From: a virus
IMG/VR virus record: IMGVR_UViG_3300007735_000802
Reading direction: 5' to 3' (one strand)
Length of the DNA stretch: 64,000 nucleotides
In this document: in pieces, positions 56,618 through 64,000 of the stretch
Position numbering within the stretch: position 1 is the stretch's first letter
Layout of the letters: every line of letters begins with the position of its first letter
Translations under genes and position numbers: made by a program
The notes under the pieces: generated by a model
Told to the model about the DNA's origin: nothing
Databases searched by the model: none
Seen by the model: the letters and a program-made list of their open reading frames with translations, nothing else

Positions 56618-57051
56618 TACCTAGTTATTTCTCTGTTTATCTCAAATGTTCCCTCTATTAAACGAGTTACTTCTCCGATAGAATTTGTCAATTCTAAATC
56701 ATAAAAGTGCTTTCCATATGGAGTATTTTTCATGCTAGTAGCATCAACTTTAATTAATATTCCACCTGTATATCCCGTTGCACCAGCAATTGATGTATTA
56801 AAACTTATTCCACCAACACCAGAAATTCCATAACCCAAACTAAATTCTCCTGTATTACCTCCACCTGTAATTCCATTTTGACTTAAAAATAATATGATAT
56901 TATCATCTTTTGAAGATCTTCGAACTTGCATAGAACCTGTAAAGTTTGATAAATCAATACCAGTTCCACCAGATCCTGCATATTTGTAATCTAAGTGAAG
57001 TTTAAAAGTTGTTCCTTGTTCTGCGTAGATATCGTATCGTGATGCTGGCAT
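56617..57051 (-). CDS. structural / fibre-attachment protein
   Basis: IYAEQGTTF...YDLEL...RLIEG. Confidence 0.7.
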   Translation of the reverse strand: MPASRYDIYAEQGTTFKLHLDYKYAGSGGTGIDLSNFTGSMQVRRSSKDDNIILFLSQNGITGGGNTGEFSLGYGISGVGGISFNTSIAGATGYTGGILIKVDATSMKNTPYGKHFYDLELTNSIGEVTRLIEGTFEINREITR

Positions 57052-57061
57052 ATAATTTCCT

Positions 57062-57346
57062 TTAAAATGTTCCTCCGTCTAAAACCGAAACATTCACCCA
57101 CTGACTTGTAGATGAATTGTAAATTAAAATATCATTATTTTGTGCTCCTGTGATTGTTACATCACTAAGTCCATCTAATGTTGTAGATCCAGCAGCACCC
57201 GTTGGACCAGTTGGTCCTTGAATTCCCTGTGGACCAGTTAATCCTATATTATAACTTATCCATCCAGCACCATCCCACTTCCAGGTTTTACCTCCGAAAG
57301 TATAAAGATCATTTAAAGATGGTGTTGATGGAAAATCAAGAGGCAT
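57062..57346 (-). CDS. short collagen-like virion protein
   Basis: FPSTP...WKWDGAGW, GPT repeats, LSDV, LDGGTF. Confidence 0.7.
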   Translation of the reverse strand: MPLDFPSTPSLNDLYTFGGKTWKWDGAGWISYNIGLTGPQGIQGPTGPTGAAGSTTLDGLSDVTITGAQNNDILIYNSSTSQWVNVSVLDGGTF

Positions 57347-57354
57347 ATTTTATC

Positions 57355-58587
57355 TCATAAAACTTCATACCATGAAAAATCTGCAAATATTTTTGCTCCA
57401 CTATTTACAGGTATGAATGTAAGGCAGATAACTTCACTCACACCAGTCTGAGTTCTACCTATTTGATAATTAAAATTATCAGTTTCTGTAACTGTAATCG
57501 AACCGCTGCTAGAAATATATCCGCCTACAAGTTCTGTTCCACCAGTTACACTAGTCATTCCAGTATTATATTCAATATTTTCATTTACATGTGCAGTCCA
57601 ACCTCCACCAGTAATCGTAGGATTTAATAGAATTCTATATTGAACAGTATCTGGTTTATTTGATGCAGTTTCTTCTAGAACAGCATTCAACTGTGCTGGT
57701 ATGACAATACCATCTAATCTGCTTGAAGGCAATCTAATTGCTATAAATGGATATTCAGTTCCGGCAGTAGTTAATGTTGTAGCAGTAAATCCTTTATTAA
57801 TATTAAACTTTTTATTAAATCCTTGGAATCCTGCTTCACTCATTACACTAGAACATATTTGCTTCATGGTGTTTCCAGAATATGTTGTACCTGTATTTTC
57901 AATTTCATATCGAATTGGTAGACAAGCAGTTGTCATATATGTTGATGAATTTATATTGTCATTGTGGAATGTATGTGCCACAACTGGTTTTCCATCAACA
58001 AAAAAACCTGTTCGAACATCACCAACTCCTAACCATTCTATGTCTGTCCAAAAAATATTTGCTTTAGAAACATCTAGTATTCTCTCAGACTCTCCACTTC
58101 CATCAAATTTATCTCCATTCCAATTTGATTGACTTACTGTTGTTGTTGTATTTAATGAACCGCTTGCTAAACATAATGATAAAGTCAATCCATCTTGTTG
58201 TAGATAAACTCCATTATAAGGAGTACCAAATGTAGCACCACCAGTTAAACCAAAATAACCAATTCTTTGTCTTAGACCATCTTTTGGTGTACTAAATGCA
58301 AAAGTGTTTAAAATTAACAATGATTTTCCAGGTTGGTATGGAAATACTCTTTTTGTTTCTCTTGTTACCTTTGAACCAAGAGTAGCTCCGACTATTAAAT
58401 TTACAGCACTTTCATTTAAAATATAATTAGCAGTTCCACCTGTGACACCAAATGTGTCCCATTTATTATTAAATCTATATCTGTTTTGAGAATCAAATAC
58501 AGTAAATGGTTGTGATACTTTTAATCGATTAAAAGCATCAACTGCATTTCCTTTAAATCCTACAAGATCGTTAAATAGATAACTCAT
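57355..58587 (-). CDS. conserved virion structural protein
   Basis: DAFNRLKVS, YQPGKS, EWLGVG. Confidence 0.7.
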   Translation of the reverse strand: MSYLFNDLVGFKGNAVDAFNRLKVSQPFTVFDSQNRYRFNNKWDTFGVTGGTANYILNESAVNLIVGATLGSKVTRETKRVFPYQPGKSLLILNTFAFSTPKDGLRQRIGYFGLTGGATFGTPYNGVYLQQDGLTLSLCLASGSLNTTTTVSQSNWNGDKFDGSGESERILDVSKANIFWTDIEWLGVGDVRTGFFVDGKPVVAHTFHNDNINSSTYMTTACLPIRYEIENTGTTYSGNTMKQICSSVMSEAGFQGFNKKFNINKGFTATTLTTAGTEYPFIAIRLPSSRLDGIVIPAQLNAVLEETASNKPDTVQYRILLNPTITGGGWTAHVNENIEYNTGMTSVTGGTELVGGYISSSGSITVTETDNFNYQIGRTQTGVSEVICLTFIPVNSGAKIFADFSWYEVL

Positions 58588-59123
58588 TAAATTATTCTCC
58601 AACCATCCCTGTATATAAATTGCAATGAACCATTATTGATATTTATTGTAGCGGATAACTGTCTATCGATCTTATCAGTATAAGTTGCTCCGCTTATTAC
58701 AATAAATTTATTAGCATCACCAGCATGACCCGATTCATCTTTTACCACCATTATTCTTCCTACTTCTGGTCCTGATGGTAGTTTAATTCCAGCTGTTCCA
58801 GCATAACTAACACCGATATAATAATCAGCATTTGTTGCTTGGTATGTGGATCCTGTTACTGTTTGTGTTGCTTGAATTAAAACAGATGATCCGTTATCAG
58901 TTGGTTGAACCCACTGTGAACTATTTCCATCGTATATGTAAATATATTCAACGCCAGTATCAGAATCCATCCATCTAGTCCCAAAAGTAATACCAGTTGG
59001 TGGATTTTGTTGGTAATAAAAAGCATAACCTTCAAGTTTGTCCCAAGCAGCCCCATTAAAAGACCACACACGGCGATTGATGCTGTGTGTGGTTCCTGTG
59101 GATGGATTTGTGGGAAATGCCAT
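58587..59123 (-). CDS. virion fibre-like protein
   Basis: MAFPTNP...WSFNGAAW; DYYIGV, VKDESG; TATAAATA at 59144-59137. Confidence 0.7.
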   Translation of the reverse strand: MAFPTNPSTGTTHSINRRVWSFNGAAWDKLEGYAFYYQQNPPTGITFGTRWMDSDTGVEYIYIYDGNSSQWVQPTDNGSSVLIQATQTVTGSTYQATNADYYIGVSYAGTAGIKLPSGPEVGRIMVVKDESGHAGDANKFIVISGATYTDKIDRQLSATININNGSLQFIYRDGWRII

Positions 59124-59150
59124 AGTTCTATAGCATTATTTATAACAATT

Positions 59151-60374
59151 TTAGGTCTTTTGCTTTTTTCTCTCTTTGAACTTTTTCTTCTTTTGTTGGG
59201 CAGTTTCTAGTTGTTCTTTTTGTGCAACTTGCTGTTGTTGTATCATTTGTTGCTGTTGTTTTGAAATATTTTCCATTATTTGTCTATAATTATTGTAATT
59301 GTTTTGAACTCGTTCTATGTGTTCGGTGGGAATCTTTCCACTTTCTAATAATTTCTTACATGCCAAATAACCAATTTCTGGTCGTCCAGCAGCATGTGCT
59401 GTTGCTCCCAATTCATCAAGAGCAACAAAATTATAGATTATGTCGGGTACGAACAATATTTCACCATTTGGATATGGTAATTCTGCTGCTGTCTTTGCGA
59501 AGACATATGCTGCCGCTGGTTGATCAAATTTTTGTCGAAGAACTTGAGCAATGTGAACTAATGGTTCGGCACGAATTGGTCTGTAATTATATGCATCCAA
59601 GAAAGATGCCATGATTTCAGGCCATGGTCTATCCATCATTGCGCGACAAACTGCTACTCTGTACAATGAGTAATAAACCTCTTCTTGCCAACCACCCATC
59701 TCTGCTCTTTTCTTATAAGCATTCATAGATTTTTCCCATTGCTGAGAATCAAAATATGATTGTGCGAGATAGAATTGGTATCTTGTATTTGTTGGATCTT
59801 CTACAAGTGCCTTTTCTAATAGTTCTGCATCTCTTGTATACTTCTCAACAGCGGTTATTCCAACATTTCTAGCACCCAAAGTTCTTGCATTGATGTGATA
59901 ATTACCTTCAATCTTTACTAACTTTGGAGTTGGTTTGGAACATGCTGGATATTCGTGAAGAACTCCAACATATTTCCAATCAGAATCTAATCTAAAAATC
60001 TGAGTTCTCCACCAAGAAAATTCAGGTTTACCCATTCTGACAACATATCCATCTGCATCCATTTCTTGTGGAAGTTTAAGAGTACCTTCAACACAATCGT
60101 CAGCATCAATCATCCATGCATATTCCGCCTTGCCTTTTGCATGTTCCAACACTAGACTTCTGTTGTGACCAAAGTTCTTCCACTCATCTTGGTGTAGTTC
60201 TCCAGGAATTCCTTTTTCTTCGAAGAACTTCTTGATAATATCTTGAGTTCCATCTGTAGAACCAGTATCTGATATTACCCAATAATCAATTTGGTTGTAA
60301 ATAGAATTTAAGCACTCATGAATAATATGAGACTCATTCTTGACGATCATGCATAGTGTTAATTTTGGTTTCAT
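59151..60374 (-). CDS. GT2 glycosyltransferase with TPR repeats
   Basis: LCMIVKNE, DTGSTDGT, IDADD, FYLAQSY. Confidence 0.9.
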   Translation of the reverse strand: MKPKLTLCMIVKNESHIIHECLNSIYNQIDYWVISDTGSTDGTQDIIKKFFEEKGIPGELHQDEWKNFGHNRSLVLEHAKGKAEYAWMIDADDCVEGTLKLPQEMDADGYVVRMGKPEFSWWRTQIFRLDSDWKYVGVLHEYPACSKPTPKLVKIEGNYHINARTLGARNVGITAVEKYTRDAELLEKALVEDPTNTRYQFYLAQSYFDSQQWEKSMNAYKKRAEMGGWQEEVYYSLYRVAVCRAMMDRPWPEIMASFLDAYNYRPIRAEPLVHIAQVLRQKFDQPAAAYVFAKTAAELPYPNGEILFVPDIIYNFVALDELGATAHAAGRPEIGYLACKKLLESGKIPTEHIERVQNNYNNYRQIMENISKQQQQMIQQQQVAQKEQLETAQQKKKKFKERKKQKT

Positions 60375-60375
60375 G

Positions 60376-61719
60376 TTAAACTCTTATATTGTCTGCTTTC
60401 GAAAAGTAATCATTCACCTTCTCTTCTATATAGTCCATTTGTTCATCTGTAATTACTGGACTTGTTCCTAAGAAGAAAGTATCTGTAGTTACCTTTGTAG
60501 CTACTGGAAAATCTTTCTTTGCATCTCCAGAATAAACATTACTATATGCTGGTTGAAGTAAGAGATTACCTCCAAAATAATTTCTGGTTTGTATCTTTTG
60601 ATCTTCTAGATACATAGTGAAATCATTTCTCTTCATAAAAACACCACTTCGAACTGTTAGTGGAAATGCAAACCATGATGGATCTGATTTCTCTGTTGCT
60701 TTTGGAAGATGAAAGATTTCTTCATATTTTGAAAATATAGAATATAGACGATTAAAGTTCTTCTTTCGAATCTCAATGATCTTGTCAAGTTTCTTGATCT
60801 GAACAAGACCAATTGCTGCTTGCATGTCTAATGGTTTTAAATTATATCCAATCTCTTCGTAGACATATTTGTGATCAAATATTTCCTCTGGAAATGCTGG
60901 CAACCAATTGCTAAATCTCTTTTTACACATTCCATTTCGCAAACACGCTGCACCTTTACCAGAGCAATAACATCCTCTTCCCCATTCGCGAAGACTCTTG
61001 ACAACTGTCTCTTGCTCTTCTGTATTACACGCAACAAACCCACCTTCACCCATTGTTATGTGATGTGCAGGATAAAAAGAGCAAGAAGCAAACTGACCAA
61101 AGGATCCTAGAAGTTTACCATCATATTTGCTACCAAGTGCATCACAACAATCTTCTAGTAGAACAAGATTGTATTTGTATACAATCTCCATGAGACGATC
61201 CATGTTTGGGGGATTACCAAGCACATGTGCAAACACCAATGCCTTAGCACCTTGTTTTGCTGCCTCTTCTACTTGATCTAGATTGAGATTTAGCGTATCA
61301 ATTTCAATATCGACAAATACTGGTTCGAATCCATTTTGTAAAATAGGATTTACCGTTGTAGGAAAACCAGCAACAGGAGTTATAATCTTTGTTCCTTTTG
61401 GAAAATTATACAATCTCTTGCTAGTTAACGCAGAGATCATCAAAAGATTTGCACTCGAACCGCTGTTTGTTAATGCTCCATATTGCTTACCCAGTTTTTC
61501 TTTAAACTGCCGCTCAAATCGAATACCATTTTCACCAAGTCCAAACCAACCCTCAAGTAAACAATCTACTGCTGCAATATATTCTTCAGAAGAAACATAA
61601 GAACCAGCATATTGAACCCAATCTTTTCCAGGTATCCACTGCTTACTAGTTTCATCAATTACTTGTTCTATAAGTGAATTTATTTTTTGTATAGTTAAAG
61701 TTTTATTCAAATTAATCAT
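60376..61719 (-). CDS. rfbH: RfbH/DdhC-like PMP-dependent CDP-4-keto-6-deoxyglucose 3-dehydratase
   Basis: NSGSSANL, EDCCDALGS, SFYPAHHITMGEGG (His replaces Lys), WGRGCYC...C...C. Confidence 0.88.
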   Translation of the reverse strand: MINLNKTLTIQKINSLIEQVIDETSKQWIPGKDWVQYAGSYVSSEEYIAAVDCLLEGWFGLGENGIRFERQFKEKLGKQYGALTNSGSSANLLMISALTSKRLYNFPKGTKIITPVAGFPTTVNPILQNGFEPVFVDIEIDTLNLNLDQVEEAAKQGAKALVFAHVLGNPPNMDRLMEIVYKYNLVLLEDCCDALGSKYDGKLLGSFGQFASCSFYPAHHITMGEGGFVACNTEEQETVVKSLREWGRGCYCSGKGAACLRNGMCKKRFSNWLPAFPEEIFDHKYVYEEIGYNLKPLDMQAAIGLVQIKKLDKIIEIRKKNFNRLYSIFSKYEEIFHLPKATEKSDPSWFAFPLTVRSGVFMKRNDFTMYLEDQKIQTRNYFGGNLLLQPAYSNVYSGDAKKDFPVATKVTTDTFFLGTSPVITDEQMDYIEEKVNDYFSKADNIRV

Positions 61720-62548
61720 TATATGCCTTTAGTATAGTATCAACTGCTTGATAAACTGTAGTTTTAGGTCTATATCCTAAAGCAAGTAACCTACTGTTGT
61801 CAAGATACATATTTTCAATTTGAACAATTTTGTGAAACTCTGGTGTGTTTATGTTGACTATATTGCTATTAGAATTTAATTTTTCTTTGCAATAATATAT
61901 TATATCCTTAATTTTAACAGGTTCTGAGTTTGATATATTTGTAATACTGTTGACAGGTCCATTGGTTATACATGTCATGATTGCTTCACAACAATCATCC
62001 ACGAACATGTAATCACGAATTGCTGATCCTCCATCATACAATTTAACTTCCTCATTATTTTTAAGAAGGTTGATCATATATTGTAAAGCATTTTTCTTTT
62101 TTGAAACTTTCTTATCAGTTGGACCAATTATATTAGTAAGACGAAGAATTCTGTAATTCAGTCCAAAAGTTTCGCAATAAGATACTAACATTTTTTCAGC
62201 AGCAAATTTTGTTATTGAATAAAAACCAGTGGGATTACATAATGAAGACTCATTTGCTGGAAGATCATTTGTTTTTCCATATACAAACCAAGAACTTATA
62301 AAATTAAAAACTATTTGTTCTTTTTCTTTTCTACACTCTTCCAAGACATCAATTAATTTTAATAAATTTGTATTGATATCGAGTTTTGGATCACTGTGTA
62401 TATTATAATTATCTACTGTACTTATTAGATAAAGTATATTACTTGATAATGGTTTATTGGATAATTTTGATATAGACATAGATTCATTTTTATACATTTC
62501 ATTAAATCTAGATCCAATAAATCCAGTGCTTCCATATATCGATATCAT
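61712..62548 (-). CDS. NAD-dependent sugar epimerase/reductase
   Basis: GSTGFIG, ISSWFVYG, YSITK, RDYMFV. Confidence 0.85.
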   Translation of the reverse strand: MISIYGSTGFIGSRFNEMYKNESMSISKLSNKPLSSNILYLISTVDNYNIHSDPKLDINTNLLKLIDVLEECRKEKEQIVFNFISSWFVYGKTNDLPANESSLCNPTGFYSITKFAAEKMLVSYCETFGLNYRILRLTNIIGPTDKKVSKKKNALQYMINLLKNNEEVKLYDGGSAIRDYMFVDDCCEAIMTCITNGPVNSITNISNSEPVKIKDIIYYCKEKLNSNSNIVNINTPEFHKIVQIENMYLDNSRLLALGYRPKTTVYQAVDTILKAYND

Positions 62549-62973
62549 CTATAGTTCTCCACATAATCTGAACATATTCCCATAACCTTTAAATCTGGAA
62601 CTACATCTCTATCCAAACAAACAGTTATTCCATTCTTTATATAAACACCAGGAAAACACCAAGGTATGCCTTTACTTGTAATTGTAAACTTGTCAGACTC
62701 ATGCCAAAAATAATTTAAAAAATTTACAACTTCCGTTTCTGCTGCTTCTAAATTTTTAAGATGAACCCATAATTTTTCTTTTCTATTAAATAACCAATAT
62801 TTGTCTATCTTGTAATAGGGTTCATCGTGACCTAAGTAAAAATTACTATCTTTAACCCAAAGGTCAATTTCAACATCATATCCTAATTCTATAACTTTAT
62901 TGATACGAGATGGATTATTTTCAAATTGTGGATTAGGTCCATTTAAATTTCCTCTATGCGATATCAGTTTCAT
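62545..62973 (-). CDS. GDPD-like phosphodiesterase-fold protein
   Basis: ISHRGN, EN, DVEIDLW, LGHD, GICSDY. Confidence 0.75.
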   Translation of the reverse strand: MKLISHRGNLNGPNPQFENNPSRINKVIELGYDVEIDLWVKDSNFYLGHDEPYYKIDKYWLFNRKEKLWVHLKNLEAAETEVVNFLNYFWHESDKFTITSKGIPWCFPGVYIKNGITVCLDRDVVPDLKVMGICSDYVENYR

Positions 62974-63715
62974 AAATATACTTTCTGGTTGGAGTAGAAT
63001 CTACTTCAATGTCACTTTTTACAACTTGGTACAGAATATTATCATTAAAGTTTATATTAATATTTAAATAATCTGTAAGATAATATTTTAACATTCCTTC
63101 AGCATGTGAAATATTAGCATTGCGTTCGAGATACATTTTGTCAAAATGATCATACATTGATAAATAATTAATCATCGATACTTCATCGCCGTATGCCAAG
63201 TGATCACAAAATCCAGATTTAATATCTGCATTTGGTTGATAATATACACTAAAAAAATTATATGGTATAGTTATTCCAGAATCAACAGAATTTATATTTA
63301 CATCAATATAGTTAAGATCAAATCTACTTCTTACAATTATATCATAATAATTTTTTGGAATTAAATCAATAGACTGCTTTACTAAGTACCATTGATATCT
63401 TATTCTATTTGAAGCATTTGTTCCTTGTTCAATTGCAAATTTATTTGTTTTGTAAATATCATATGGTCTATCTACGGGAATAGTTGTTGGTATTGTTTTT
63501 TTATGAATATTCCAATTTAAAATTTTAATTCCTGCACATGAATTATTTTTAAATATATCAATTGGAATTTTTGTTTCATTATTTGCATCTACAGTATCCC
63601 AAGCACAATAATAAATATCAGCATTTTGAAATTTTTCAAATAATTTTAAGTGAAGTTGATGTCCATACTTTATAAAAGATCTTACAAATCCGGTAAAAAT
63701 AATAGCAGTTTTCAT
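62954..63715 (-). CDS. glycosylation-cluster protein (GT-like)
   Basis: MKTAIIFTGFVR, YDIIVRSRFD. Confidence 0.55.
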   Translation of the reverse strand: MKTAIIFTGFVRSFIKYGHQLHLKLFEKFQNADIYYCAWDTVDANNETKIPIDIFKNNSCAGIKILNWNIHKKTIPTTIPVDRPYDIYKTNKFAIEQGTNASNRIRYQWYLVKQSIDLIPKNYYDIIVRSRFDLNYIDVNINSVDSGITIPYNFFSVYYQPNADIKSGFCDHLAYGDEVSMINYLSMYDHFDKMYLERNANISHAEGMLKYYLTDYLNININFNDNILYQVVKSDIEVDSTPTRKYIYETDIA

Positions 63716-64000
63716 TTTAATATACAGTATCCAAAACCATAATCTTGTGGACACAAATTTTCAACAACATGCCACTTATCTGTATTCAATGCCTTTATAA
63801 ATGAGTTTGGCCCAGGATGTGCCGTAACATCATGAAATCCCACAACTCCTCCCTTTCTCAGCAATTTTGTATATTCCCAATCATATAAAACTTGATTAAT
63901 ACTATGAATTGCATCTATATGAATAAAATCTAAGTAGGTTACACCCAAAGATGATAAATAATCCACCACAGTAGTATAATCTCTAGAATTTGCTTGTATG
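63712..64000 (-). CDS. class I SAM methyltransferase (5' end outside the window)
   Basis: DFIHIDAIH...LLRKGGVVGFHD. Confidence 0.7.
   Translation of the reverse strand, partial: IQANSRDYTTVVDYLSSLGVTYLDFIHIDAIHSINQVLYDWEYTKLLRKGGVVGFHDVTAHPGPNSFIKALNTDKWHVVENLCPQDYGFGYCILK

Overview
A 64-kb segment of a large T4-like myovirus genome (gp41 helicase, gp61 primase, UvsX, split gp43 polymerase, TATAAATA-type late promoters). It alternates between visibly GC-richer blocks and an AT-rich core. The GC-richer blocks (about 1-10.2 kb, 13.0-17.0 kb and 44.3-47.3 kb) hold short early genes, a kinase-like protein, a TraR-like zinc finger, a Gp88-like protein, a MoxR/vWA pair, tRNAs and a PEP-CTERM protein. 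The core holds putative packaged head proteins, a lysozyme, class II RNR, ThyX, replication genes, a DNA methylase, dUTPase, collagen-like fibres and sugar-modification enzymes. Main observations: (1) a strand-polarised motif, GTTGATAGTA, occurs at least 11 times, including a 4x array with exact 16-bp period, alongside perfect host DnaA boxes at module boundaries and divergent promoters; (2) most sigma70-type promoters, and several late ones, place the start codon 5-7 nt after the -10 element, implying systematic leaderless mRNAs; (3) DNA polymerase is split by an island that starts with a SPOUT tRNA methylase abutting tRNA-Gln(UUG), Leu(UAA) and Leu(CAA), suggesting an early-to-late codon-supply switch; (4) several proteins carry T4-like capsid-targeting leaders or look like protease-processed polyproteins; (5) PEP-CTERM, dockerin-like and secretin-like motifs suggest a Planctomycetota (Phycisphaerae-like) host. 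All family assignments are by eye from motifs; no searches were run.
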